A stretch of DNA of 63,884 bases, filler included, from Octopus bimaculoides (lineage: Eukaryota): NCBI RefSeq assembly GCF_001194135.2. It is 5 parts of 4 records of this genome, joined end to end, with 100 filler letters (N's around TTAATTAATTAA, not from the genome) between each part and the next. Parts side by side here need not be neighbours in the genome. Positions count along the whole stretch, not along the records: positions 1 to 17,821 come from NC_068985.1; 4 more parts are not named here. One strand, given 5' to 3'. Shown one piece after another: positions 1-14,874 of this stretch. A program made the translations under genes and the position numbers. Position 1 is the first letter of the stretch. Each line of letters begins with the position of its first letter. Under the pieces are notes generated by a model. It saw only the letters and a list, made by a program, of their open reading frames with translations. It searched no databases and was not told where the DNA came from.

Positions 1-36
1 ATATATACACACACACATATATATATATAGATATAT

Positions 37-67
<31 letters not shown>

Positions 68-68
68 G

Positions 69-132
<64 letters not shown>

Positions 133-551
133 GTGTGTGTGTATATATATTTCCGTGAGAGTTAGAGGTTGGGAAGCCAACCAACTAAGGGATAATACCT
201 AGCCAATATACTATGGTAGTGTACCCAATTATTAATACCAAAGTGCTGGTTATTGCGTGGCAATTTCGCAATCGAGTGTCATATATGGACGGGATAAAGT
301 GTGGTTTACCCTTAATTTATATAAATCTATGTATATATTTATGTGGGTGTCTTTGTGTCTGCTTGCCTCCCCCTTCATAGCTTGAAAACCGATATTGGTA
401 TTTAAATACTCGTAAGTTAGTTCGGCAGAAGACACCGATATATTAGGTACCAGGCTTACAAAGAATAAATCCAGGGGATGATTTCGTCGATTAAAAGGTG
501 CTCCAGCATGGCCAAAGTCAAATGACTGAAAAAAGTAAAAGAATAAAGAAT

Positions 552-582
<31 letters not shown>

Positions 583-2149
583 CACATATATGGATACATG
601 TGTGTGTGTGTGTTTGTGTGTGTGTATGTATGTATATGTATATCTATATAACTATATATATTCGTGTGTGTGATTGGGGGGTGGGGGTGTTATCGGTTTC
701 AAACTGGACCCTTTTGCTTTTATTAAGTGACTTTTTACATTTATTAGTTTAATAAAATCGTATTCAATAAATTATAGAATTTATTTTACAAACTCTGATT
801 ATTTGTATAAAAGTTTAGAAAGTAGGAATGTTTACAGCGTTACCCGACAAGAACGCTTCAAAATTATTATGAGCTAAGGACAAATATCAACAAGAATTAA
901 GAGCATGTTTGGCTTCAGAAGGAAACCCCCATCCATAGAAGAACGTATATTATTAAACAAGCCACAGCGATTTGAAAATAGAAAGTAAAAAGAAAAGCAA
1001 CATTCCCCCTAACGCAAATATTTTCTGCCGTAAATGTAAATAATTTACATATTAACTCCATGGAACAATGATATCATATTATGAACAATTCCAGAAGTTT
1101 TAAATTCCTTAAGGTATTGTTATATGGAGTCCAACAATTATATTTACCATATTGTATATTTCAGAATGATTTTGTCTTAATATCTCTTGATTTCATAGTT
1201 ATATTTTGTTTTCTATCAGATTCTATATTAATTTCCTTACTTCATTTCTACAGAATCTTTCATATACCTTTAGAAATCTAAATTTTGTGTAAGTAGCAGG
1301 GATATGGATTATATATCGCTTAAACGCAAATGAATGCCTTTTACATAAAATCTACATTGCGTATTTGACATTCTTTTCCCTTCGTTTTCTTTAGAATTTG
1401 TAGTAGTCATTTTTATTTCGTATTCGGTTATCTTTCTGTATTTGTGTTTCAAAAAATAGCTTCAGATTTATTAAAATAATGCTGTTTTTGAATCTTTCTC
1501 TTGAAATACATGTTTGTGTTTTTGTCTTTGAAATGTATGTGTGCGTACTTATAGGCACACACACACATATGAATACACATGCACACAGTTACACACACAC
1601 TCCTACATTCAGAAACATACATTATAATTGTACAGCTATGAGGCAAAATAGTGAGAAACCGACGACGTGCGCTCGTAAAAAACATGTGCCTGAAAAAGCT
1701 AACAAATATAAACCGAACAATATTCTCTTCCCACTCTTGGCTATGACACTTATGGACATCGATTCCAACTCAAGAGCACCGTATGCCTTTCATTGGAGTT
1801 TTCGTGATTACGATTTTGGACGAGCTACACTCTTTGCTAACCCTCATGCAGGATTTCTTTTTTTTTTTATATGAGACACCACTTGTGTTGATGTTTGCTT
1901 GCTCCAAAAAGCCAATCTACCCTTGAGACGGCTTGATTTTAGACTTGCAGAGTCGACAACAGTCTCCTCAGATAGCAAGTCAAGTGCGGGAGCCTGTTTA
2001 CTTTCCGACCACCTGACCATGGAACAGGTAGTATAGGTTTACATGACACCGTTAGACTGCCTTTTTTCCTCAACCGCACAACAACATTGATATAATCTGA
2101 AAGTTAATCTAAATTCGCAAAAGAAAATAATAATGAGAGAGTATGACGT

Positions 2150-2990
2150 TTCAGATAATATTATTTACTAAAGAGAATAAAAACAATTGAGAAGCACGAG
2201 AAAGATAGATACTGAATATAAGTTGTTTTGTCTGAGGAAGAATGAAAGTGTGGAATAGAATTACCGGGATACGCGAAAAAGTTAGGTCAGTGAGTTGGAA
2301 AGTGGGGTAATAAAAGGTTGGGGGGGGGGAAGAGACAATAAATAGAAATACTGAGATGGAAAAAGAAAGCAAACAAGGTAGAATGAAGATTTGAAACATA
2401 TACAGGAAGAAGAAAAGGAGAGCGGGAACTAATAGGAAAATGCAAGTGACAGGTGAAGAGGAAATCATACTTCCGATAATTTTGTATCGGTGTGTATGTG
2501 TAGAACATAAGTGTTGCTGTGAAAGGGTGGACATGCGTGCAATGCATAAGTGTGGGGCGGTATTGTGTAGAAATTGTGGCTAGAGATGGCATATTGGAAG
2601 TACGTTTTGTAAGTTCGTGTTGAGATTGCACGCGTGTCAGTTAATATTGGATATGTTTTGTCTATGTAGAGAATGATTGTAGTCGGCGAGATGGGTTCTT
2701 GAAGTTGTGGTGATCTCTGATCGGGTGAACGTAAGACAGGTAAAATGTTATGTGATAGAATGAATATACTTATTGTAACTCGATAGTCTTGTTCATACCC
2801 AAGGAGGTGAAAGAGTTGATATGAAAATGAGTGTTCAACACCGCATTGGGGGATATAATTTCTTCCTTTGTGGATTAGGTTTCCCATTGGTTTCATTTTA
2901 ATAAATGTAGGGAAATATTATAGGGTCTTAATTTCTCAAGCTGATGACATGGAGAAAGATGTTCGCCCTCATATCGGAAAACATTTTGGA
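2150..2990 (-). mobile_element. Decayed Penelope-like element: C-terminal coding fragment plus probable 3' UTR
   Basis: Minus-strand peptides EKLRPYNISL and LIHKGRNYIPQCGVEHSF resemble the PLE C-terminal region (RPY...CNLC...LNKR.E..S.C.H). Heavily degraded. Confidence 0.4.
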
Positions 2991-3037
2991 AAACACAACC
3001 CATGATATATATGTGTGTGTTAGTGTGTGTGTGCGTT

Positions 3038-3071
<34 letters not shown>

Positions 3072-3205
3072 TGTGCGCGCGCGCTAGTGTGTACATGCAT
3101 ATATATATACACGCAAATATATAGGCGGTGCGTCAGCATGGCCGCATTCAAGCGACTGAAAGAAGTAAAATAAAAGAATATACGTGTGTGCGTGCGTGTG
3201 CGTGT

Positions 3206-3238
<33 letters not shown>

Positions 3239-4222
3239 TCCAAATTCCNNNNNNNNNNNNNNNNNNNNNNNNNNNNNNNNNNNNNNNNNNNNNNNNNNNN
3301 NNNNNNNNNNNNNNNNNNNNNNNNNNNNNNNNNNNNNNNNNNNNNNNNNNNNNNNNNNNNNNNNNNNNNNNNNNNNNNNNNNNNNNNNNNNNNNNNNNNN
3401 NNNNNNNNNNNNNNNNNNNNNNNNNNNNNNNNNNNNNNNNNNNNNNNNNNNNNNNNNNNNNNNNNNNNNNNNNNNNNNNNNNNNNNNNNNNNNNNNNNNN
3501 NNNNNNNNNNNNNNNNNNNNNNNNNNNNNNNNNNNNNNNNNNNNNNNNNNNNNNNNNNNNNNNNNNNNNNNNNNNNNNNNNNNNNNNNNNNNNNNNNNNN
3601 NNNNNNNNNNNNNNNNNNNNNNNNNNNNNNNNNNNNNNNNNNNNNNNNNNNNNNNNNNNNNNNNNNNNNNNNNNNNNNNNNNNNNNNNNNNNNNNNNNNN
3701 NNNNNNNNNNNNNNNNNNNNNNNNNNNNNNNNNNNNNNNNNNNNNNNNNNNNNNNNNNNNNNNNNNNNNNNNNNNNNNNNNNNNNNNNNNNNNNNNNNNN
3801 NNNNNNNNNNNNNNNNNNNNNNNNNNNNNNNNNNNNNNNNNNNNNNNNNNNNNNNNNNNNNNNNNNNNNNNNNNNNNNNNNNNNNNNNNNNNNNNNNNNN
3901 NNNNNNNNNNNNNNNNNNNNNNNNNNNNNNNNNNNNNNNNNNNNNNNNNNNNNNNNNNNNNNNNNNNNNNNNNNNNNNNNNNNNNNNNNNNNNNNNNNNN
4001 NNNNNNNNNNNNNNNNNNNNNNNNNNNNNNNNNNNNNNNNNNNNNNNNNNNNNNNNNNNNNNNNNNNNNNNNNNNNNNNNNNNNNNNNNNNNNNNNNNNN
4101 NNNNNNNNNNNNNNNNNNNNNNNNNNNNNNNNNNNNNNNNNNNNNNNNNNNNNNNNNNNNNNNNNNNNNNNNNNNNNNNNNNNNNNNNNNNNACATACAT
4201 ATACATACATATACATACACAC

Positions 4223-4260
<38 letters not shown>

Positions 4261-6859
4261 GGGCAACACACACATATATACCTGCATACACATATATGTA
4301 TATATGTTACATATTTATTATATCATACCATGGTACTGTGTGGACTAAGATTCCCATTGACAGCCCGCTGGTATTTATAGAGTGTTAAACACTTTCGGTA
4401 TGCAAACTAAGGACTCCTTCATAGAGTCTGCTCTTTTTTAAAGTTCCTATTATGTTTTACTCAGCACTGATGAGTACTATGATAATTTGCAAGTTCAAAA
4501 ACGAACTTATATCTATTTACGAAACAATGGTATGCAGGAATCAACTTCTTACAAATTTGAACATCTTATCCCCTCCGTAAATTAATCATACACTTAATCT
4601 TCTAATACTACTTGTCATATATTCACCAATTTACACCAGTAAGCTCTCAGCAAAGTATGAACAATCACAGTGAGAGATCTTTTGGGAAACCACTCCAACT
4701 GATGGACGAATCCACACACAACGTCTTACACACGTATATGTGTGTAAATCTTGCGTGGGATCTTGGGCAAGTGCCTTCTACTATAGCTTCGGGCTGACCA
4801 AAGACTCGAGGGTGGATTTGATAGACGGAAACAGAAAGAAACCTTTCGAATGTATACATATGCGTGTCTATGTGTGTGAGTGTGTGTGTGTGCGCGTGTG
4901 TTTGTCTCCCACCATCGCTTCACAACCAATGCTGGTGTGTTAACGGCTCCGTAACTCAGAAAAAGTCCTAGGCTTGATTTTTTTCGACTAAAGGTGGTGC
5001 TCCAGCATGGCCACAGTCAGACGACTGTGGCACGGTATGCAATTGTATGTATGCTCCACATGTTTTTGAATGAATATGTGTTCTTAGTTGCTATAGAAGT
5101 GAATTATCTTTGTTGGGTATGTAACATATAAAGCGTATTTTTCAGTAACACCTTTATAGAAACCGGATTGAAAATAAGTTTTGTTTGCAAACTTCTCGAT
5201 TCCATTTATAATGGTTTTCTTTTGGTATATAAGATAGAAATTTTGCTTTTTCAGAAGACTGTTTCATACAAGAAGGATGTACAATGATTTCCCTTTTGCT
5301 ATAGCATGTTACATTTCTCTTTTATCTTTTATCTTGTACTTGTTTTAATCTTTAGAGAGCGGCCTTGCTGGTGCACTGCCTTGAAGTATATCAGTCGAAC
5401 GAAACAGCCTCAGTAATAATTTTAAACCTGGTACTATGCTATCGATCAGTTTGATGAACAACTAATTTACGTGGCCGTAAGCACAAGACGGTTTTAAAGT
5501 GGAGGTGGAAGACAAAGTCGCAAAGGAGGTACAGTGGGGATAACGATTTTAGATGAATGACTAGTTCTGAAATATATGGAAAACCGTTTTGAAAATAGTG
5601 AAATCTGAAACTTATTTGAATACTTCACTCAAGCATACAAGTGCTATGTTTCTTTTTGCGTAGTATCTTAGTTAATTCATTGTTAATCTCGATAGTAGCC
5701 TCTTGCTTTTGAATTAGTTACTTGATAAGATTAGAGAAATTGACTCGAGGTATCGACGTCTACTGCTGTATGGGTTGCTACATTATGCAGTTTTTAATTT
5801 AATACTTTTTGTCGAGTACATTAATGACATGTGGTTTTACTTTCCATTATTCCTGCAAGTGTTGACTATCATAATAAATAGTAACTTATAACTATAGATT
5901 GAGAGACGGAGTTTGTTCAAGAGTTGAGCAGTAGACGTCATACTGTTTACCGCTGTGTGCTATATTGATACATAGCTTTTTTTTGTGTTGCAATACTTTC
6001 ACTTTCATAACTCAAAATGGAACGTTACTATTGTAAATTGATTACATAATACAGAGGGTGTAGTATACGAAGAAAATAATATTGACAGTTGAAATGAAAT
6101 CTACGATTTAACAAATATTTTCAAAAGAAATTTTGTTTTTGCCATAGAACAAGATATTTGCTGTATTCAATACACCAACTTGACATATTAATAGTATTAA
6201 TAAGATAAGGATGATTTGCTAAATTACATTTAATACAATGCTATAGGGAGATAAAATTGTAAGTCAATCCAATGCAAATACGGAAAAAATCCTGAAATAC
6301 TGAATTACACAAAAACAAGTCGAAAATATGATAGATATTATTCTTCTAAACTTTATATGGAAAATATCTGATTCTTAGTAGGTTTTGCAATCGAGAACAC
6401 ATGACGCCAATGTAAGCTATTAAGGACACATTTGTGATTTCTAATTAAAGACGATGAAAAACAAAAACAAAGCATACATTACGAAAAAATAGCTTCAGTG
6501 ACAATTACAATGTCTATATGTTTTTTTTCTGTAAATATTTATGACTAGTGTAGGCAGTTTGTATGGGTTTTGTCTCGATGTAACAATTTAATTGCAGATT
6601 CTCTGTTCAGACGATTGAAATGATTTAAGTATGTAGAATGAGTTGAACCATCTGCAATGATACTTGACATATACATGCCAAATCAAAATAAATGCACTAA
6701 TCTGTATCAAATCTCACAACAGTTATTGCAAATTATTATCATTTCAAATATTGCAATTATGTGAATTAATAACGGAACTCAATATGCTACCAGATTAACA
6801 CTTTCTACTTCAAGCTACTCGTGAGTGTTTGCTGAAAATGTTTTTTTCAAATTTCAAGT

Positions 6860-7500
6860 GAAAACACTAATACGGAGTGCTGGAGTTATTTGAGGAGATA
6901 TGTGGTGTGCATTGCATGACGTCTAGTCTCCAAAATGTCATCGACACTAGTCCTTCACTAAATTGTCCTTATTCTTTTCGAACATCACCTGGACGATGGA
7001 GACCTTCAGTGAAGACATGAGGATATCGATTAATCTCCTTTAGAACAAGGCTCTAAACGTAGTAGTCCATCTTATTTAAATGTTGTGAGTTTGGAAGCCA
7101 ATTTTATATCATGTAACATCAAAATGATAGAATCTGTGTAACATCCATTCTTGGGTTATGTGGTCATTGTGAGAAGATTCTCCGTTTTGTTGAAGCACGT
7201 ATGATCATCCGATTATACTTTATCCAAGCAATGTTTAACAATCTCCAAAGTAACTCAAAAATATCCAGCAGCTTTAATTCTAAGACGCTGCGAGAAGAGG
7301 TGCTAAGTTATGATATAATCTTCCTTACTCACCACTCGTAAGTCCAACACTTTTGCTGAAAAATTAGTGTCCATCTTATTGGCAGTAAGATGGAATATCA
7401 GGAATATCAGCGCATAACCATATATCAATTCTCCCATTAGACTTTTTGATTGGGCGCAGATTTTCTTATCAGAAAATCATATCCTTAAGGGGTTTTGCTA
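6860..7500 (-). mobile_element. Decayed Tc1/mariner (maT-like) transposase remnant
   Basis: Frameshifted minus-strand peptides VVSKEDYIIT*HLFSQRLRIKAAGY and WLPNSQHLNKMDYYV*SLVLKEINRYPH correspond to the WPP.SPDLNP.DY.VW motif. Many stops. Confidence 0.7.
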
Positions 7501-7949
7501 GGATGAGTAACAACATGACATAGATCAAACATTTTTTGTATGACTTCGGTGACATAGATTGGTTTCTACTAACTACGTGTGATAAGTACCTATTGTGTTA
7601 GTGCACCACAGTTCTGATTGTCCACTATGAGATTTGAAGTTCATTGCGAATGGAGCTCATTGATATTTTGAAGCCGCTGGATGAGTTGTTTCTTTATAAA
7701 GACCGAACATTCAGAAGGCTTTTTTTTTCACTCTCATACGGTTGAGATATCCAAAGGATTCTAATTCCACTCAGTCATTGTCCACATAAGGTATTGCAAC
7801 ATTAAAAAGTTGACAATTTCTGCATCACAGTGTTCTGCTAACATGGAAACAATGTCGGTATGTCATTTCCTTGCTTTTGTTAGTGTTTAATCTCTGCTAA
7901 CATGGAAACAATGTCGATATGTCATTTCCTTGCTTTTGTTTAATCTCAA

Positions 7950-10900
7950 AGACAATACAGCGGTTAATTATTTAGAAGATTGAAATACACCGAATTTTTC
8001 CGGAATTCGGAGGCCATTTTTAAAAATGGAATTAAATCTGTTGTCGAATGTCGACTTTCTGTTCTCAACGGAGGAATTTCCGGCAATGAAAGAAATGAAG
8101 TTGGTAACAAGGAAGGAAAGGAAAAGCCAAGTTTCTCTGCTGCCGTTGGTGGTAGTTTTGTGAATTGGAGGTGTCGAAGGAACAACTATTTCAGTTTCTA
8201 AACCTTATAAAGAAAAGTGGTAACGAAACAAAACTTCTGCCACCACTGGATGTGATACAAAATTTAACTGCCAGAATGGTAGTATACAAAATATACAACC
8301 GAAAAGAAAAAAGAATTATGTCTGTAAAGAACGAGGTGGCAGAAAAATGGCTCGCCCCCATCTGGGGAATAATTACCTATGTCGGTCGAGGACCAAGAAG
8401 CCCCACTGTTGAGGCGCAATTCGAGAATACTGAAACAGCAAAAGAAATATCGACGCAAACTCTAAAAAGCGATGAGATAATGTTGCTCCCGACCTACCTA
8501 GGCCAGAGAACTGCAACAATAACTATAGAGGAGATACCAGCTGGATGCGACATAACATGGATGGCGGCGGCCGTAATTTATGACGCCGAAGAAATAACAA
8601 TACACCAAATGAAAAAGCGAGAAGCTCTAAATTGGAAAGGTCAAACACTTGAGATGGTAGTTCAAGCCTCAATTGAAATACTCGAATCGAAGCCAGACCA
8701 CATTTTTGTAGGGGAGGGACTAAGCGCTACAGTATCTGTTGAGGGATGTAGACCCAGTTATTTTAAATGTGGAGAAAAAGGGTACGTCCACTCGGAGTGC
8801 GAAAAAATAGAAAAAACAACAACAGAAAATGTCTGAAGTCCCTCCCCAAAAGAAAGTAACAAGAAAGCGACGGAAAGCGTCACAGAAAGCGTTACATGGA
8901 AAGCGGAAGAAAGGAATAAACAACACGTAGAAAACACACAACACTGGAAGCCGAAGAGGAAATGGAATTTACCACAGTGGTTTCACATAAAATAAAATAG
9001 CCTATGCCACAGACTCCCCTCCCCTGACAAAGAAAACATCTGCACAAAACGCTAACACACAGAAAAAAACTCCCCAATCCACCCTAAGTCAAAACCTGCC
9101 ACCAACCACCCCACCCATAAAAATGCACTACGAGAAAGGATTGTGAAGGTACAATGAGGAAAATAGTGTTCTAGAGAGAATAATAACTTCGCATAAAAAA
9201 ACCGTGTATTTTTTAACCAATACAAAATATGCCACCAACTATACGCTTGGCAAGGATAGACGCAGAACTTTTCAAACAATCTAAAGCGATATACCCGCAG
9301 GACATACAAGATATTAGCCAAGAGATGGCCAACAAAAGACTTGTGCCTAGCCCAGCGGCTACACCTAAGAAAGAAAAGAAAGGGGAGGTTGGTGAATTCG
9401 TGAACCCTCTCACCATACTTAAAATCTAAGTTTCTTTATTTTTACCGAGGAAAATAAGTTAGGTTGTATAAATGTTCGTGGTCTTATGTCGAAATGGAAG
9501 CCAACTTGTATCCTGGACGACATCTGGTCACTAGAAATTGATATATGTGTTGCGACTGAGTCCAAGTTGAACAGGCCACAGGCGTTCTCGCCTCTTTTGA
9601 ATGACTATAACACATTTATTTCTACTAGTCAACGGGGGAGGCGGGGGCGTGGTGGTACTGTTTAGAAAANNNNNNNNNNNNNNNNNNNNNNNNNNNNNNN
9701 NNNNNNNNNNNNNNNNNNNNNNNNNNNNNNNNNNNNNNNNNNNNNNNNNNNNNNNNNNNNNNNNNNNNNNNNNNNNNNNNNNNNNNNNNNNNNNNNNNNN
9801 NNNNNNNNNNNNNNNNNNNNNNNNNNNNNNNNNNNNNNNNNNNNNNNNNNNNNNNNNNNNNNNNNNNNNNNNNNNNNNNNNNNNNNNNNNNNNNNNNNNN
9901 NNNNNNNNNNNNNNNNNNNNNNNNNNNNNNNNNNNNNNNNNNNNNNNNNNNNNNNNNNNNNNNNNNNNNNNNNNNNNNNNNNNNNNNNNNNNNNNNNNNN
10001 NNNNNNNNNNNNNNNNNNNNNNNNNNNNNNNNNNNNNNNNNNNNNNNNNNNNNNNNNNNNNNNNNNNNNNNNNNNNNNNNNNNNNNNNNNNNNNNNNNNN
10101 NNNNNNNNNNNNNNNNNNNNNNNNNNNNNNNNNNNNNNNGAGAGAGAGAGAGAGAGAGAGGGGGGGAATACATTTAGTTATCCACGCTTTGTTGTGTACC
10201 TTTGCACGGATCACAAATTTGTGACGCGTCAGGTGCACCTAGTTAAGTGTCATAGACAGGGACCAGGGTACTGGAAGATGAACAAGTTTACTTTGACATG
10301 TAAAGACTTCCGTGCCCGAGTTAGGGAGTTAGTGCAGAGAGCATTATGCGACGCCATCATTAATAAAAGATGGTGGTGCGCCCTCAAGAGAGCAATTCGT
10401 TCTGGGACTCTTAGATTTAGTAAACAGCTAAGTTTAGAGAAGACTAGAATAGATGTGAACCTAATTAAAGAAATAGAGGATGCCATGGAATCTGGCTCTT
10501 CATCCAGAGTGATAGCGGTGATGGCGGTGCTATTCCGTCATCTCAAAGTCAAACACGAAGGGTGTAGAGTCAGTGCTAAGTTACGTGCGGTGGGCAGAGA
10601 AGGTATTAACGTTGCCGGATGTATTGTGAAGGGGCGATTACAGCTGCGGAGGTCGAGGAGGTGCTGGCTGAAATGGATGGTCTGGATGGTCTGGATGGTC
10701 TGCCTATGTTTTTATCGTAGTATGCCGGAATTGTTCCGACACTTGCTAGCCTGCGTCTACACAAACTGGCACCAGAACGGGAGGATTCTCAGCTCTGTGA
10801 GTCGGGGAGTGGTAACGCTGATCAGAAAAGAGCCGTGCAAGGGTGATCGTATTAGTAACTTCAGGCCCATAACTCTACTCAATGTAGAATTAAATATTTT

Positions 10901-11960
10901 GGCCAATGTGTTAGCAAAATGGTTGATGCGTGTCGGGGAGAAATTTGTAGGGAAAGCACAGACATGCACCATCCCAGGCAGGTCAATCCAAGATAATCTT
11001 TATCTCCTACGCTATACCTTAGACAGGGTGGGTAAAGTATCCGGTAAAGGTGGGGCATTGGTCCATTTAGAACAAGGTAAAGCTTTCGATAGCGTAGACC
11101 ACCAGAACCTGGCGGCTGGACTAGGCTGGAACTTTCACGGTTGGATCAATGCCATTCATGTCAGCATCAAATCCACAGTCCAAACAAACGGTTACTTGTC
11201 GAAGCCGTTTGAGATTAAGCTCCCGGTTCGCCAAGCGTGCCCTGTCTCCGTTCGTGTATGTACTGACACTTGAGCCATTGCTGCGGAGGCTGGAGAGTTT
11301 GGAGAGCATCCCCTATGAAATCGGATGTGGTAAGTCTATTTCTACATAGGTGGATGATGTCATCATCACCGTGTCCAATGTAGATCAGCTACCTTTTGTA
11401 GAGGATGCAATCAAATGATACGAGATGGTGGAAGGGGCAAAGGTTAACAAGGACAAGTCCATCGGTTTGCTGCTCGGCACCTGGAGCGGCAAGCCGATAA
11501 AGTCTAGTGTCATGGGGCACTTGACGGATTGGTCCTGTTAAGTTGCTTGGAGTTTGGTTTGGTTCAGACTCTCAGACCAAGAAGAATTGGAATGAGGTAG
11601 CAAGCAGGGTGGAGGCCCTAGTCTGGACCTGGTCTGGAAGGGCGCTGTTCCTGAAAGGGAGGGAGGAGGTGATGTAGTTGTTTATTGCGTCTGTTATGAC
11701 CTACCGTCTGACCGTTGTCCCTTGCCCTGATTCGTGACTGTGTAAGTTGGTGCGATTCTCTTCCGCTTTTTGTGGAGGGGAAAACCGCTAGTGAGATGCT
11801 CCGTATGCTGCCAAGAACCGCTAAAGGGAGGATTAGGGATGTAGGGGCTATTGATGTGCAGGTATGCATTGAGGCTAAAGCATCTCTGGCTCTACTTGGA
11901 TGGTGGCCAGGTGTGGAATTCGCTTGCAGAAGAATTCTTTCCACGACCGGCCGCCTTGGG
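7950..11960 (+). mobile_element. Near full-length decayed Tx1/L1-clade LINE (ORF1 plus APE-RT ORF2)
   Basis: ORF1 (7980-8836, frameshifted) ends in a degenerate zinc knuckle (FKCGEKGYVHSEC). APE N-terminus LGCINVRGL at about 9460. RT motifs GPGYWKMN, NFRPITLLNVE, GRSIQDNL, KAFDSVDH, VRQACP and Y(V)DDV at 10250-11370. Multiple stops and frameshifts; an N gap lies inside. Confidence 0.88.
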
Positions 11961-14874
11961 GGAATTTACACCCGATTTTAGCGAATGTTAACTTTTATCT
12001 ACATCATGCTCATCAGGATAGAGTGTGTGATACACCATACTGAATTATGATTTTTTATAAATTGTTATGCACAAAAAATTGTGTTCAAAGGTATAATCAA
12101 CTCGTGGTGTAACAAAGAGTAAACGCAGGAAAAGTTATATGGATAAAAGAAAATGTTGCATTAATAGATACGATATAATAAATTACTAAATTTCTATAAA
12201 CTTGCACTGTTGTGCTTCATCCATTTCCCTCCCACTTCTTCCAAATAGTTCGTCATCTATATTTTACCTTCATAGAATGGCATGAAACTAACATTGATTT
12301 CTTCGAAAATATAATTATAATAAAGATAAATTCAGTATCTGAATGATCACAATTTCCAAGGCTAAACTTTTGAGAAATATTAGTTCAGTGATCGAATGAT
12401 ATATGTCAACGATATCAAAGTCATTCAACTTACAATTGGTCTTGAACCAACAGAACCGTTCTTATACTTCTATACTATTGCTTAATAAAATTGGTTTTAT
12501 CGTACATTTTAATCCGAATAATTGCTTCTGGTATTTGCAATCTATATTTAATTCAGGTCTTGCTGGGTTAAGCTGAATACGTTTGGGGTTTGATAGTGAT
12601 GTTTAATGTATGATTCTTAACAGTAATCTATAAAGGAGTGTAAGCAGCATATACCACAATACTATAGTAAATCTACTCCCAAATCCATTAGCTCTTAGAC
12701 TTCTGTGTGCTTGTTTGGTTCTATGAACTTCAGCCGTACTGCACATATTTTCTTTTGAGGTTTATAAGATAAAACATTGTTGTTTCTTTTTCCTTGTTTT
12801 TTCTTTACTTTTATAGTGAAAACCAACATGACAAAACAACTCTTCTTAATTAAATTTACTATCAGTTTCCAACGAAATACAAACGCCAAAATACATCTAA
12901 TGACAATAACTAATTCTGATGTAGACATTTGTATTTTTTTCGAATATTTCGGATGTTCATCATCTTCTTTTTGTAAATCTCTGAATCATAATAAATGGCT
13001 GGTAACGATAATTACCAGCTGAAGTTATTAGTATCGTGTGCTTAAATATCCCTGGGCAACTGTTTCGATCACAGTCTTTTTCACTCTAATTGAACATTAA
13101 TTTTAGTACTAAGATTTATCAGGATATACCTTCCTTTCACTGTGAATTAAAATCTTCAGCTATTTTACTGAAGTATAGACATAATTGGCATCTGAAGGAA
13201 ACAATCTTACATATTCTTAATGTATCGCCAGTTTCATATCTATCACTACCGTCTAAAACTGTGTTACAAACTGCGCTAAACTGATAAAGTAATTATTTTG
13301 TTACATGATCTGTTACATATTTTTGAATATTTATTCTTAACACGGTTAGACCAGAATGGACGTAATGCATGCTGGTCGCTCTAGTCATAGGAGAATAACT
13401 TTTTACGAGAGCAATGTGTTCAACACCCTCCATTCATGACGCACGGCATTCTGATTCAAGAAGGAATACGCAAATATTCGTTCCATATCTAGCTGTACAC
13501 GGTGTAAATAACGATTCTCTATCGTAGGGAGGCACGAGCAGTGATCAGCCAACAATTATTTTTTGCTGAAATTATTAAAAAAGCAAGCGGGTTTATCGAG
13601 GCTCAGAGTTCTGGATACTGCTGGCTGACAATACACATGTCAAAACGCCGTTGTCTCAGAATACCGCACACCAATCAGCAGAGAGTGCTGCACACAATGT
13701 CGCAGTTAAGGGGATGAATTATTGTCCTATGGCGTGCACTACAGCAACTAGCATATTTTGCATTTGGACCTGCCTAGACGTGTTAAGGATAAATATGCAA
13801 ATATGGGTTATTAAACGAGTACTGCATTAGATCATAATTTATATGAATTGTCGTCATTACACAGATACAATTTCAGTATAATTTGAATGAAAATTAGGCG
13901 CATCAGTAAAATATTTATCTCTGTTTATAAACGAATTTTCTCCGACCACTTTGTATTCCTCTTTCGTAATATATCATACGAAATCACACCCTCCACACCA
14001 CGACTTCACAGATTGACAATAGTTCTGTTTTATACATTCTTCAAAACGATGTTCCAATGAACGTGATAAGAAGAGTTTTTTCAGCATTCGAACAAAATAT
14101 TTGTCCTACACGAAACTTCATGCTATATGTGTCAACAAAATGAAAACAGAAAAAATTCATTAACTCACTGCAAAAGTTTAGGAAGATGTGAGTTTTCAAT
14201 AGAGATATGGCAAGTAATTTTATCTACTATATGTAAACTATAATATATGTACATTCAAATGATATATATGTGTGTGAGTGTTTGTGCATATCCACCCCCA
14301 CCCCCTACACACACACACACACACACGCAAACATACATATATTTTTGTATGTTCTTATCTGCTTTTAATTATTTAAATTCCTCCTCTCATGAAGGAGCTG
14401 GTTTCAAAAAAACGATACAAAGCTCTGTCGTTGAAATGTCGATAACGAAAACAATGCCATATTTAAAGTTGAAAAAAGTCTTTTCACCGGTTCACTTACA
14501 GATTGTATTAGTAATGTGCGAGCCAGAAGGCGGCGAGCTGGCAGAAACGTTAGAACGCCGGGCGAAATGCTTAGTGATATTTCGCGTGTCTTTATGTTCT
14601 GAGTTCAAATTCCGCCGAGGTCGACTTTGCCTTTCATCCTTTCGGGGTCGATAAATTAGCAGTTGCGTACTGGGGTCGATCTAATCGACTAGACCCCCTC
14701 CCCCAAAATTTCGAGCCTTTTGCCTAGAGTAGAAAAGAATGTGCGAGTTAGTTTGTTTATTTCTGAAATTACAAGCTTATTCGGACTTTCGGGGAGGGAT
14801 TTATTCACAAAACCAAGCGCAGCAACTGATATTGGTATAAATGTAAATCTACACGCTGCAGCTTTCGAATCAAG

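Noticed and set aside
3084-4388. Long ORFs in the track that span N gaps (also 9531, 25921, 39414, 42491, 46641, 51067, 60644)
   Set aside because: Artefacts of translating Ns and flanking microsatellites.
12200-13350. Stop-interrupted minus-strand stretches that look coding-like
   Set aside because: No family motif recognised, and AT-rich sequence gives such stretches by chance. A BLASTX search would be needed.
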